From contig PEXD01000070.1 of NCBI GenBank assembly GCA_002779235.1, positions 1 through 50,439 on the forward strand: 50,439 nucleotides of DNA. Reading direction: 5' to 3'. The position numbers were made by a program, and so were the translations under genes. Shown in pieces: positions 8,365 to 17,231 of this stretch (positions are counted from its first letter, which is position 1; the number at the start of each line of letters is the position of its first letter). The notes under the pieces are model-generated. The model did no database searches and was not told where the DNA came from. It worked only from the letters and a program-made list of their open reading frames with translations. Origin of the DNA: Candidatus Woesearchaeota archaeon CG07_land_8_20_14_0_80_44_23 (lineage in GTDB: Archaea > Nanobdellota > Nanobdellia > Woesearchaeales > 0-14-0-80-44-23).

Positions 8365-9120
8365 ATGATATTCGGGCTGGCCATTATTGTGATTGCAATA
8401 CTTGCTGCGGCAATAATCCTTTCAATCTTTCTCAAGGTTGCAAGAATTTTTGTTGGGATAATCTTTGCTGCTGCAACCCTCATTATTGTCGGGCTTTTGG
8501 TGTCTGGCTTTTTTGTCCTGAGGGATTTCCAGGATTTTACCGCGCATTCAGCCGACTCCCAATATTATCTGAGGCAGGGCGATAATATCGTTGCGGGCTT
8601 CACGCAGCCCAATGAAACAGGCGCCTTCTCGCTGATGGGGGCAGCAGAGCTTAATAATGCCACTGCCTCATTTGCAAAAAAGGACTATCCTGCCCTAAAG
8701 GGAAGCCATTATAAATTATTCATAGTTGATTATTCCAAGCTAAAAAGCGGCAATGCTGGAAATGTGAGCGTTGAATTTGCTGGCAAGAACTTTTCAGGGG
8801 AATTTGCAGTCGGGCTTCTCGGCTCTGAAGAGCCAAAGGCATACCTTTTCAAGTTGTTCTCCAAGCCTGAAATCGCTTTGATTGATGCAAATTTTCTGGA
8901 CAGCTCTGAGATGAAATCCCAGTTCTTTATGTCATATCTCTCCTCTGCAATGAAGGCAGACCCGCTGTTCATGATAAAGGGCATCAGCAGCGGCAGCATC
9001 AAGGTCTATCCTGAAACTCCTATGTTCTTTGCAATAAGAATAATGCCCATATCTCTGGCAAAGGGTTTTGTTTCAGAAGCTTTAAAAAAGGGCAGCTCAA
9101 CTCTGAGCAAGGTGGTTTGA
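8365..9120 (+). CDS. Hypothetical membrane protein (2 N-terminal TM helices)
   Basis: The ATG at 8365 is preceded by GGGGTGGTGAG. The N-terminus MIFGLAIIVIAILAAAIILSIFL... is hydrophobic. I recognise no family. Confidence 0.5.
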   Translation: MIFGLAIIVIAILAAAIILSIFLKVARIFVGIIFAAATLIIVGLLVSGFFVLRDFQDFTAHSADSQYYLRQGDNIVAGFTQPNETGAFSLMGAAELNNATASFAKKDYPALKGSHYKLFIVDYSKLKSGNAGNVSVEFAGKNFSGEFAVGLLGSEEPKAYLFKLFSKPEIALIDANFLDSSEMKSQFFMSYLSSAMKADPLFMIKGISSGSIKVYPETPMFFAIRIMPISLAKGFVSEALKKGSSTLSKVV

Positions 9121-9357
9121 ATGAAAGTTACAAAAGAGGTTACACAAGATACTCTGCTTGCAGATGTCCTGAAAATTCCGGGAGCAGAAGAGATTCTTCA
9201 CAAATACAATCTGCCCTGCATGGGCTGCCCAATGATGGGCTTTGAAATTGGCATGCTGAAGATTGGCGACACTGCAAGGGCCTACGGAATTGACGACAAA
9301 AAGCTTATTGAGGACTTAAACAAGCTCGCCGGGAAACCTGCAAAAAAGAAGAAGTGA
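9121..9357 (+). CDS. DUF1858 / hybrid-cluster-protein-associated redox disulfide domain protein
   Basis: 78 aa with the LPCMGCP motif and a fold pattern typical of DUF1858. Its ATG directly abuts the previous stop. Confidence 0.6.
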   Translation: MKVTKEVTQDTLLADVLKIPGAEEILHKYNLPCMGCPMMGFEIGMLKIGDTARAYGIDDKKLIEDLNKLAGKPAKKKK

Positions 9358-9380
9358 GCACTGGACTTTTCTTGGGAACC

Positions 9381-9388
9381 TTTTTAAA
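9381..9388 (+). promoter_or_regulatory. TATA box (TTTTTAAA) for the Hel308 C-terminal-half gene
   Basis: The box is centred about 26 nt upstream of the ATG at 9411. This spacing matches the other putative leaderless genes here. Confidence 0.45.
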
Positions 9389-9410
9389 CCTCTGATTTCT
9401 ACTTTTTCCC

Positions 9411-11078
9411 ATGGCAAGGAAGGCAAGGAAGAAAAAAAAATCTGAATTCTCTGAAGAGCCGGAAGGGCTTGAGAGGGTTGAGAGGATAGAGTGCAGGACA
9501 GACGAGCCCTCAATTGACATCATTCTGGATACTTTGAAGAAGGGAAAGCAGGCGCTGGTTTTTGTCAATACAAAGCCGAGGGCTGAAAAGGCAGCAGAGG
9601 AAATCTCAAAGGCAGTTGCCCTGAAAGGGGATGAAAAGCCCTACTTTGAAGGCATCTCAAAGTCAGCGCTCTCTGCTCTTGAGAGGCCCACGAAGCAGTG
9701 CGAGCGCCTGGCGCTCTGCCTGAAAAAGGGAGTTGCATTCCACCATGCCGGGCTGGCGCAGAAGCAGCGCGAACTGATTGAGAATTCTTTCAGGGAGGGA
9801 AAATTGAAGGTTATATGCTGCACCCCAACCCTTGCATACGGACTGGATTTGCCTGCATTCAGGGTGATTGTAAAGGACCTGAAAAGATTCGGGAGCAGGG
9901 GAATGGACTGGATTCCTGTGCTTGAAATCCAGCAGATGTTCGGAAGGGCTGGAAGGCCGTCTTATGACAAGGAAGGCGAGGCAATATGCATCGCAAAGGA
10001 TATTATTGATGGCAAGGAGATAAGAAGCAGGTTCATATCGGGAAAGCCAGAAGAGATTTACTCAAAGCTGGCTGTTGAGCCGGTGCTGAGAACCTATCTT
10101 CTGAGCTTAATCTCTGCTGGATTTGTAGACAGCAGGGAGTCAATATTCTCATTTTTCAGGAAGACCTTCTGGGCGCACCAGTTCCAGAGCATGGAGTCCC
10201 TGTATGCGATAATTGAAAATATGCTCTCTGCGCTTGCAGAATGGCGCTTTGTCTCTCTTCCTGAAAGCATAGAGCACACTGAGCAGAATGATTTTGTCTC
10301 TGCAGATGAGATTGGAAAAAACAGCTCTGGAATAATTAGGGCCACTCCAGTGGGAAAAAGGGTTGCCGAGCTCTACCTTGACCCCCTGACTGCTCACCAC
10401 CTGATTGAGTGCCTCAATGAATCGGGAAAAAAAGCCCATTCAGGCTTTTCATATCTCCAGATGATAAGCGACACGCTGGAAATGTATCCCCTGCTTAATG
10501 TTAAGACAAAGGAATATGAGGATGTTGAGGATTTTCTCCTTGAGAACAGGGAGTTTCTCCTGGAAAAGGAGCCCGATGCATACGACCTTGAATATGAGGA
10601 TTTCCTGAAATCAATCAAGACAGCAATGCTTTTCTCTGACTGGACTGATGAGAAAGATGAGGATTTTTTATTGGATAAGTATAATGTCAGACCGGGCGAG
10701 CTTTCTGTAAAGAGGAGGATTGCCGACTGGCTGCTATACTCAAGTGAGGAGCTTTGCGAGCTTCTGGGAATGAGAAAGACCAGGCCTGAGCTTGAGAAGC
10801 TGAGGATATGCATTGATTATGGCGCTAAAGAGGAACTCCTGCCGCTGCTCAGGCTGAAGGGAATAGGAAGGATAAGGGCAAGAATCCTTTACAACAACAG
10901 GATAAGGGACCTGGGCGATGTGAAAAAGGCCGAGCTTTCAACTCTCTCCCAGCTTATAGGAAAGACCCTCGCCCTTGACATAAAATCCCAGCTCGGCGAA
11001 GAGCTTTCAGAAGAAAAAGTAAAAGTCAGGGAGAACAAGAGGAAAGGTCAGATTAATCTGGAAGATTTTTCCGGCTGA
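9411..11078 (+). CDS. Ski2/Hel308-type helicase, C-terminal half only (RecA2 + WH + ratchet + HhH)
   Basis: Motif IV ALVFVNT, VAFHHAGL, motif V CTPTLAYGLDLPA and motif VI QMFGRAGRP, followed by the ratchet domain and a C-terminal HhH (LRLKGIGRIRA). The ORF contains no Walker A or DEAH domain. Confidence 0.85.
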   Translation: MARKARKKKKSEFSEEPEGLERVERIECRTDEPSIDIILDTLKKGKQALVFVNTKPRAEKAAEEISKAVALKGDEKPYFEGISKSALSALERPTKQCERLALCLKKGVAFHHAGLAQKQRELIENSFREGKLKVICCTPTLAYGLDLPAFRVIVKDLKRFGSRGMDWIPVLEIQQMFGRAGRPSYDKEGEAICIAKDIIDGKEIRSRFISGKPEEIYSKLAVEPVLRTYLLSLISAGFVDSRESIFSFFRKTFWAHQFQSMESLYAIIENMLSALAEWRFVSLPESIEHTEQNDFVSADEIGKNSSGIIRATPVGKRVAELYLDPLTAHHLIECLNESGKKAHSGFSYLQMISDTLEMYPLLNVKTKEYEDVEDFLLENREFLLEKEPDAYDLEYEDFLKSIKTAMLFSDWTDEKDEDFLLDKYNVRPGELSVKRRIADWLLYSSEELCELLGMRKTRPELEKLRICIDYGAKEELLPLLRLKGIGRIRARILYNNRIRDLGDVKKAELSTLSQLIGKTLALDIKSQLGEELSEEKVKVRENKRKGQINLEDFSG

Positions 11079-11980
11079 TGCTTCTCCTTTCTTTTTTCAG
11101 CCCTTTCTCCCCTAAACCGCTCAAAGTCGTTCCTGAATTTCGGCTTTTCCGCCTTTGGCTTCCACGGTTCAATTTTTCTTATCCCGATAATATCCCTCCT
11201 GACATATTTCACAGGGTTTGGCCTTATCCTTTTCTGAAGGGAAATTCTCTGCTCCCTGTTCCTGACGCTCTTTTCATAATTTTCCTTAAGAATTTTCTTC
11301 AGCCCGCTTATCTCCTCAAATGAGAGCTCCCTGTATTTTCCAGGCAGCATGTGCTCCATCAATATGCTGCCTATCCTTATCCTGGCCAGGCTAAGGACTT
11401 TGTAGCCCAGGGCAGTGAACATCCTCTTTATCTGCGCCTTCCTTCCCTCATGCATTGTTATGTCAAGACGCATCCTGCTGTCGAGAATTTCAACCTTGGC
11501 AGGCCAGCTCATTCCGTCCTCGAGCATCACGCCGTGCCTGAGCTGCTCAATGTCCTTTTCAGAAATGCTCTTGTCAATCTCTAAGATGTATTCCTTCTCA
11601 GTTTCATATCTCGGATGGGTTATCAGCTCTGTAATTGCGCCGTCATTTGTGAGAAAAACCAATCCCTCTGAATCATAGTCAAGCCGCCCTGCCGGATACA
11701 CCCTTTCCTTCAGCTTGAAATAGTCAGATATGCTTTTTCCCTCCTTCAGGCGTTCCATGCTGCATATGACACTTTTAGGCTTGTTGAATATGATATAAAC
11801 TTTTTTTTCAGGGACAATCCTTTTCCCGTTTACCTCAATCTTATCTGTCTCAGAGTCTGCCTTATCCCCAAGCACTGCTTTCCTGCTATTTACAAGCACT
11901 CTCCCGTCCATGATAATGCCCTCTGCCTTTCTTCTGGACATCAGCCCGGCGTTAGCTATTATCTTCTGTATTCGCTCCAT
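11048..11980 (-). CDS. RsuA/RluB-family pseudouridine synthase with S4 domain and basic C-tail
   Basis: S4 domain MERIQKIIANAGLMSRRKAE and catalytic motif AGRLDYDSEGLVFLTNDG. The start is set at the internal ATG 11980 because a TATA box sits at 12002-12011. Confidence 0.8.
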   Translation of the reverse strand: MERIQKIIANAGLMSRRKAEGIIMDGRVLVNSRKAVLGDKADSETDKIEVNGKRIVPEKKVYIIFNKPKSVICSMERLKEGKSISDYFKLKERVYPAGRLDYDSEGLVFLTNDGAITELITHPRYETEKEYILEIDKSISEKDIEQLRHGVMLEDGMSWPAKVEILDSRMRLDITMHEGRKAQIKRMFTALGYKVLSLARIRIGSILMEHMLPGKYRELSFEEISGLKKILKENYEKSVRNREQRISLQKRIRPNPVKYVRRDIIGIRKIEPWKPKAEKPKFRNDFERFRGERAEKRKEKHQPEKSSRLI

Positions 11981-12001
11981 GGATATTTTAATTTTGGAAA
12001 G

Positions 12002-12011
12002 TTTATATAAA
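12002..12011 (-). promoter_or_regulatory. TATA box (TTTATATAAA)
   Basis: The box is centred about 26 nt upstream of the ATG at 11980, in the 67-nt gap after the EndoIII-like gene. Confidence 0.5.
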
Positions 12012-12047
12012 GGTTTGCCTGCGGTGGGCTCTGTCCTAAATCTTCGC

Positions 12048-12725
12048 TTAATTGCGCTTGCAGAATTTGGAGAGGGGGCAGCCCTGACATTTGGGCTTTT
12101 TGGTGCAGTGCCTTTTTGCATGCTCAACTATCAGGGCGTGGAACTCCTGGCAGAGTTTTGCGTCCTTCCTGAGATTTTTCTCAAAGAATTTCCTTATATT
12201 TTCATATTCCTCCTTTTCTTTGACAAGCCCGAGGCGCGAGAATATCCTTCTTGTATAAGCATCAACAACAAATATGGGCATGCCGCAGGCATACAACAGC
12301 ATTGAATCAGCTGTCTCTTTTCCTATCCCCCACACAGAGAGCAGCTCCTGCCTCGAAGGAGTCCTTCCACTTAACGAGATGTAAAACCTTGAGAATTCCA
12401 GAAGCTTTTTCGCCTTCTGGTTGAAGTAGCCGCAGGGCCTTATTGCAGAGAGGAGCTTTTCCTTTTTCAGCGACAATATTTTTTCAGGAGAGAGTGCACC
12501 AATTCTTTTCAGATTGATTAGCGCCTTCTGAACATTTGACCAGGCAGTGTTTTGCGTCAGTATTGCTCCAAGGCAGATTTCAAACTGTTCCTCCTTGTTT
12601 CTGGGGGCTCCAGCATGATATTCGCAGAGAAGCGTCTTATTGCTTATGACTGGCCACCAGCCCTGGCAGCCGTATTCAGCAAGCATTGTCCTGTATATAT
12701 GCACAAGTTTTTCTTTGTCTCCCAT
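12048..12725 (-). CDS. Endonuclease III-related HhH-GPD DNA glycosylase with 4-Cys cluster loop
   Basis: ILTQNTAWSNV, HhH motif VWGIGKETADSML, catalytic-region VVDAYTRR, and C-terminal CTKKPKCQGCPLSKFC. Confidence 0.8.
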   Translation of the reverse strand: MGDKEKLVHIYRTMLAEYGCQGWWPVISNKTLLCEYHAGAPRNKEEQFEICLGAILTQNTAWSNVQKALINLKRIGALSPEKILSLKKEKLLSAIRPCGYFNQKAKKLLEFSRFYISLSGRTPSRQELLSVWGIGKETADSMLLYACGMPIFVVDAYTRRIFSRLGLVKEKEEYENIRKFFEKNLRKDAKLCQEFHALIVEHAKRHCTKKPKCQGCPLSKFCKRN

Positions 12726-12783
12726 CGTCAGTGCACTACATCATATTTATTTAAATGATTTTCTCTGCCAAGAAGGTTAATTT

Positions 12784-12793
12784 TTTATATAAA
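12784..12793 (+). promoter_or_regulatory. TATA box (TTTATATAAA)
   Basis: The box is centred about 24 nt upstream of the ATG at 12812 (MRILILTMF...). Confidence 0.5.
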
Positions 12794-12811
12794 CCTGCAT
12801 TTTTCAGCATC

Positions 12812-14134
12812 ATGAGGATACTTATCTTAACTATGTTCAAGGAGGGGCTCGGCGGTGGCGCTGGAAGGGTGCCCTTTGATATGGCGAGGGCGCTTTCGCG
12901 CAAAAACGATGTGGCGCTAATCTGTCCCGGAGATAGGACGGGAATCCTCTCAAGGGAGGGGCGCCTCACGATATTCTCCATAAAGGCGAACATACGCGGG
13001 AATCTCTCTGCAGTAAAATGGAGCAAAAAAACTCTCTCAAGGTTCAATTCATTCATAAAAAATTTCAATCCTGATGTAATTCATGCGAATGATTTCATTG
13101 ACATAGACATCTATGGCATGCTTTATGCAATAGAGCATGACATCCCATTCTTCTACACAGGGCACGTGCTTCCTTCAAAATGCCTCGAATTTTCCATGCC
13201 CAACATACTTGCGCCTGCGTCAAGATGGCTTGAAAGGACTACTCTGAAGCGCTACCTGACTGAATTTTTCAGGCACTGCGACGGGATAGTTGCGCTCAAC
13301 AGGCATTCATACATGGACCATGCCAGGTTCTGTGACAGGAAAAAAGTTTACATAATTCCCAATGGCAAGGACATCAAAAGGTATGAAAAGATACCAATAG
13401 CCCGGCTTAAGGGCAGGAAGACCCTGCTTTTTATCGGCTTCCTGAGCGACAGGAAGAACCAGGCATTCCTTGTCGAGGCAATGAGATACCTTCCAAGGGA
13501 ATACAAGCTGGTGCTTATCGGCTCAGAGCTTCATCTTGGCTATCTGAGAAAGTTGAAGCGCATGTGCTCTGAATATGGGCTTGAGAATGTGGAGTTCACC
13601 GGGGAGGTTGAGTACAAGAAAATTCCCTCCTGCATAGCCACGTCGCATCTTTTTGTATCTGCATCGCTGATGGAAGTCCAGAGCCTGGTTGTGCTTGAGG
13701 CAATGGCCTCCGGAAGGGCTGTTGTCGGCTTGAAAAATGAGACAATCTCAGAACTGATTGACGGAAAGAATGGCATTGCCCTTTCCAGGAATACCAGCCC
13801 AAGAAGGTTTGCCGGTGCTGTGAGAAAGGTTCTGGAGCAGAATGAAGATTCCTATCGCAGAATGTGCATAAGGGCGAGGGAATCTGTGCGGAATTTTGAC
13901 TGGGATGTTGTTGAGAAGAAGCTTAAGAAGATGTATGCAGAGAGCGCCAGGAACTACAAGCATGAGGAAGCAGGGGAGCTGATGGAATTTTACAAGAAAG
14001 TCAATCTTTCCTTTTCAGCAATTGTCAACAGCGTGCTCTCGCTGGAGAAGAGCGCAATGGTGCAGATTGCGCATGCGAAAAGAAACAGGTATTTGCTCAG
14101 GATAAGAAAAGCCATTTCACAGAAATATAGATAA
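12812..14134 (+). CDS. Glycosyltransferase family 4 (GT-B, GT1-type)
   Basis: MRILILT...GGGAGRV N-terminus and the EX7E region EVQSLVVLEAMASGRAVVG. The start is moved from 12755 to 12812 on promoter evidence. Confidence 0.8.
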   Translation: MRILILTMFKEGLGGGAGRVPFDMARALSRKNDVALICPGDRTGILSREGRLTIFSIKANIRGNLSAVKWSKKTLSRFNSFIKNFNPDVIHANDFIDIDIYGMLYAIEHDIPFFYTGHVLPSKCLEFSMPNILAPASRWLERTTLKRYLTEFFRHCDGIVALNRHSYMDHARFCDRKKVYIIPNGKDIKRYEKIPIARLKGRKTLLFIGFLSDRKNQAFLVEAMRYLPREYKLVLIGSELHLGYLRKLKRMCSEYGLENVEFTGEVEYKKIPSCIATSHLFVSASLMEVQSLVVLEAMASGRAVVGLKNETISELIDGKNGIALSRNTSPRRFAGAVRKVLEQNEDSYRRMCIRARESVRNFDWDVVEKKLKKMYAESARNYKHEEAGELMEFYKKVNLSFSAIVNSVLSLEKSAMVQIAHAKRNRYLLRIRKAISQKYR

Positions 14135-14189
14135 AAACTTTTATATACCCTGAAATTCTGCTAGTGGTTGGAAAAAGAGTTTTGAAAAA

Positions 14190-15380
14190 ATGAAGCTTTA
14201 CAGCTATTCTAGGCTTGAGACATTTGAGCAGTGCCATCTGAAGTTCAAGTTCGCCTACATAGACAAGATAGAGACCGAGGTTGAGGAGTCAGTGGAGGCA
14301 TTCCTCGGCTCGAGGGTGCACGAGGCGCTTGATAAGCTCTACCGCGACCTTATGTTTGAGAAGCTTGACTCGCTTCAGGAGCTGTTGGATTTCTATAATT
14401 CTGAGTGGGAGAAGAACTGGAATGAGGGCATACTGATTGTCAGGGCCGGGAAGGGCTACAGCCAGGAAAACTATAGGAAGATGGGCGAGCGCTTCATCTC
14501 TGATTATTACAGGCATTATCACCCTTTTAACCAGTCAAGGACAATTGCCCTTGAGACAAAGGAGCACATAAACCTTGACGACGGCAAGGAATACCACATC
14601 CACATAAGGATAGACCGCCTCTCAATGTCTCCTGAAGGCGCCTATGAGATACATGACTACAAGACAAGCAGCTCAATCAAGACCCAGGAGGAGGCTGACT
14701 GCGATAGGCAGCTCGCAATATATGCCTACGGCATAAAGAAGATGTTTCCCGATGCCAAGAAAATCTCCCTTGTCTGGCACTATCTTGCTTTTGACAGGGA
14801 GATACATTCCGAGAGGACAGACGAGCAGCTTGAGGACCTCAGGAAGGATGTCCTGGAGCTGATACATGAGGTTGAGGCGTGCAGGGAATTCCCCCCTAAA
14901 ATGTCAGCGCTCTGCAGCTGGTGCGAGTTCAGGCCTGTCTGCCCGAATTTCAAGCATCTCTACGAGCTTGAGAAAAAGCCAGCGGAAGAATACAAGGATG
15001 ACAACGGCGTAAAGCTTGCCAATGAATATGCAGAGGTCTCTGAAAATGTCAAGGAGCTCTCTGAAAAGGCAGATGAGCTGAAGGCAAGGCTCAAGGATTT
15101 CGCGGCAAGAAATAATGTTAACATAGTTTACGGCTCTGATGTCAAGGTCTTTGTCAAGAGCTACCCGCGCCTTTCATTTCCGAAGAGGGAGGATGAAAGG
15201 AGGGCTGACTTCATAAACACAATAAAGGCGCTCGGGCTGTGGGACAGGCTTGCAGAACCAAACACTTTTGAACTCTCCAAGCTCATTGAGTCCGGAAAGC
15301 TTCATCCTGAGATACAAAAGATGCTGGAGAATTATGCTGAAAAGGGCGAGACAATCTATGTCCGCTTGATGAAAAAATAA
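14190..15380 (+). CDS. PD-(D/E)XK nuclease, Cas4/RecB-like with Fe-S Cys motif
   Basis: N-terminal YSRLETFEQCHLKF, nuclease core IDRL...YEIHDYKT, and C-terminal CSWCEFRPVCP (Cas4-type Cys arrangement). No CRISPR or cas genes are nearby. Confidence 0.7.
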   Translation: MKLYSYSRLETFEQCHLKFKFAYIDKIETEVEESVEAFLGSRVHEALDKLYRDLMFEKLDSLQELLDFYNSEWEKNWNEGILIVRAGKGYSQENYRKMGERFISDYYRHYHPFNQSRTIALETKEHINLDDGKEYHIHIRIDRLSMSPEGAYEIHDYKTSSSIKTQEEADCDRQLAIYAYGIKKMFPDAKKISLVWHYLAFDREIHSERTDEQLEDLRKDVLELIHEVEACREFPPKMSALCSWCEFRPVCPNFKHLYELEKKPAEEYKDDNGVKLANEYAEVSENVKELSEKADELKARLKDFAARNNVNIVYGSDVKVFVKSYPRLSFPKREDERRADFINTIKALGLWDRLAEPNTFELSKLIESGKLHPEIQKMLENYAEKGETIYVRLMKK

Positions 15381-15405
15381 ATTTAGGATTAAAAGAGGGG
15401 GATAG

Positions 15406-15966
15406 ATGAAAGATGAAAATGGTGGCTCATATGAAGAGCCAAAAAACATAAGGAAGGGTGACCTGGTAAAGGTCGACTACACAGAATCCCTTATGGACGG
15501 CACAATCATTGACACATCCGTCGGCTTCATGGCTGACCACTGCGGAATCCTTGATGACGAGCGCGAGTACAAGCCCCTTGAATTCATAGTCGGCTCAGGC
15601 AGCACAATTCCGGGGCTTGAGGAGGCGCTGATAGGAATGTCTGTGGGAGAGACAAGGACCTTTGCAATACCTGCGAGGAATGCATTCGGCGAGCGCGATA
15701 ATTCCAAGGTGAAGGAGGTTCCGAAGGAGCTCGCAGGCAGGAAAAATTTTATTGCAGGCGAGCATCTCGTCATAACAGACGGCAAGAGCGCCATAAGCTG
15801 CCATGTAGATGAGGTAAGGGAAAATTCAGTCATTCTTGACACGAACCACCCCCTGGCAGGGAGGGATATTGTGATGAACATCAAGGTTCTGGCGATAAAC
15901 GGAAAGCCGAATGGCGAGGAGAAGGGCAGCAGGAAACAAAAAGAATCTGATTCAAAAACTTTATAA
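15406..15966 (+). CDS. FKBP-type peptidyl-prolyl isomerase (SlyD-like with IF insert)
   Basis: [21 protein letters not shown] and [35 protein letters not shown] lies upstream of the ATG. Confidence 0.85.
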   Translation: MKDENGGSYEEPKNIRKGDLVKVDYTESLMDGTIIDTSVGFMADHCGILDDEREYKPLEFIVGSGSTIPGLEEALIGMSVGETRTFAIPARNAFGERDNSKVKEVPKELAGRKNFIAGEHLVITDGKSAISCHVDEVRENSVILDTNHPLAGRDIVMNIKVLAINGKPNGEEKGSRKQKESDSKTL

Positions 15967-15989
15967 ATGGGCCCCCTTTCCTGGCGATT

Positions 15990-16355
15990 ATGCCTTATTT
16001 TAAAGATAAAACGCGTGCAGCGAAAAAGCGTGTAGTGAACAGTGAAAATCCTGAAGAGGAGTTCCACCACCTCAAGCTTCCAAGGGAAAAGGAGACATTC
16101 GGAATAGTCGAGCAGCGCCTCGGCGCCTCAAGGATAAGGGTGAGGTGCCTTGACGGCAAGACAAGGGTGTGCAGGATTCCCGGAAGGCTCAAGCGAAAGC
16201 TCTGGGTAAGGGAAGGAGACACTGTTGTTGTCGAGCCGTGGGAGTTCGGCGGCGACGAGAAGGGCGACATAATATTCAAGTATAGGCGCACGCAGGTCAA
16301 CTACCTGAAGAGGCAGGGCTACCTCAAGGACCTTGCGAATTTTGAAGAGTTCTAA
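15990..16355 (+). CDS. eif1a: Translation initiation factor aIF-1A
   Basis: The S1-like OB core reads [48 protein letters not shown]. Confidence 0.92.
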   Translation: MPYFKDKTRAAKKRVVNSENPEEEFHHLKLPREKETFGIVEQRLGASRIRVRCLDGKTRVCRIPGRLKRKLWVREGDTVVVEPWEFGGDEKGDIIFKYRRTQVNYLKRQGYLKDLANFEEF

Positions 16356-16840
16356 TTACTCCTTCTTAGAAGAATTATTGCAAGCCCTATTGCCCCTATT
16401 GTTATGCATGAATCGGCAATGTTGAATACTGGCCAGATGCCCAAGTCTATGAAGTCAACCACAAAGCCGTAGACAATCCTGTCATAGAGATTGCCCAGGA
16501 TGCCTCCTGCAATAAGCCCCACAAAAATGGAGAGGCAGCGGTCTTTTGAAATCTTTTCTGAGAAAAATAATATCGCGCCCAGGGCAATTACAGATGCCCA
16601 GATTAGCAGAATATTCCTGCCGGGAAGCATGCTGAATGCAGCCCCTGAGTTTCCCGTAAGGTTGAAATAAACAAATCTTCCAATTAATGGGAAGGAGGTG
16701 CCTAAGAAGAAATTCCTGAGCAGAATGTGCTTCACAATCCTGTCAAGGAATAGTGACAAGGCAAGGGCTATTGAGAATATGCAGAAAAAATTCCTGCCTG
16801 TTGCCTTCTTCGATTTCTTTGCAGTCCTTTTCTTGGCCAA
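16352..16840 (-). CDS. lspA: Lipoprotein signal peptidase (signal peptidase II)
   Basis: [30 protein letters not shown] and [12 protein letters not shown] match the conserved LspA blocks, including the catalytic Asp residues. Confidence 0.85.
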   Translation of the reverse strand: MAKKRTAKKSKKATGRNFFCIFSIALALSLFLDRIVKHILLRNFFLGTSFPLIGRFVYFNLTGNSGAAFSMLPGRNILLIWASVIALGAILFFSEKISKDRCLSIFVGLIAGGILGNLYDRIVYGFVVDFIDLGIWPVFNIADSCITIGAIGLAIILLRRSN

Positions 16841-16841
16841 T

Positions 16842-17207
16842 TTACCAGCTCCTCTCCTTCATCCTCATCTCAATGTTTGAGATTCTCTGGCTGAGGTTCT
16901 GTATCGACATCTGTATGGAGTCAAGCTTCGCCGAGATTACTTCCATATTCTTCTGCAACATGTACAGCTGACTGTCCATTCCTCCATACTGCTGCTGGCT
17001 TCCATACTGGTATGCTGCCTGCTGCTGGAATGCCGATGGCTGGGGGACTCCCTGCTGGAATCCCGCTGACGTGTCCTGCGAGGGATACTGCCCAGGGTAG
17101 CCATACTGCTGTGAAGCAGAAGAATTCTCGTTCGGAAGCCCCAGGTTCATCTTTGAAAGCCCAAGGGGGTCTTCTGCCTTCTTTTTCCTGAAAGAAAATA
17201 ATCCCAT
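16842..17207 (-). CDS. Hypothetical protein: Q/Y/G-rich low-complexity region + C-terminal coiled coil
   Basis: 121 aa. Residues about 30-80 are dominated by Q, Y, G, S and P (QQYGYPGQYPSQ...QQQAAYQYGSQQQYGG). The C-terminal heptad-like segment reads LDSIQMSIQNLSQRISNIEMRMKE. Confidence 0.45.
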   Translation of the reverse strand: MGLFSFRKKKAEDPLGLSKMNLGLPNENSSASQQYGYPGQYPSQDTSAGFQQGVPQPSAFQQQAAYQYGSQQQYGGMDSQLYMLQKNMEVISAKLDSIQMSIQNLSQRISNIEMRMKERSW

Positions 17208-17231
17208 ATTATCGCCTCTTTTTTATTTCTT

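Noticed and set aside
9358-9410. Hel308 as a frameshifted pseudogene with its N-terminal half just upstream
   Set aside because: The upstream DNA encodes intact unrelated genes in all frames (DUF1858, a membrane protein, fibrillarin). I found no Walker A or DEAH-like translation there, and the ATG has its own TATA box at -26.
15477-16070. Long antisense ORFs inside well-supported genes (for example 15477-16070, 7164-7622, 10394-10813, 29723-30154, 41729-42250, 48828-49301)
   Set aside because: These are shadow ORFs opposite confidently identified genes (FKBP/aIF1A, Nop5, Hel308, GyrA, Hef, DacZ). They are low-complexity, Ser/Leu/Pro/Cys-rich translations with no recognisable motifs.
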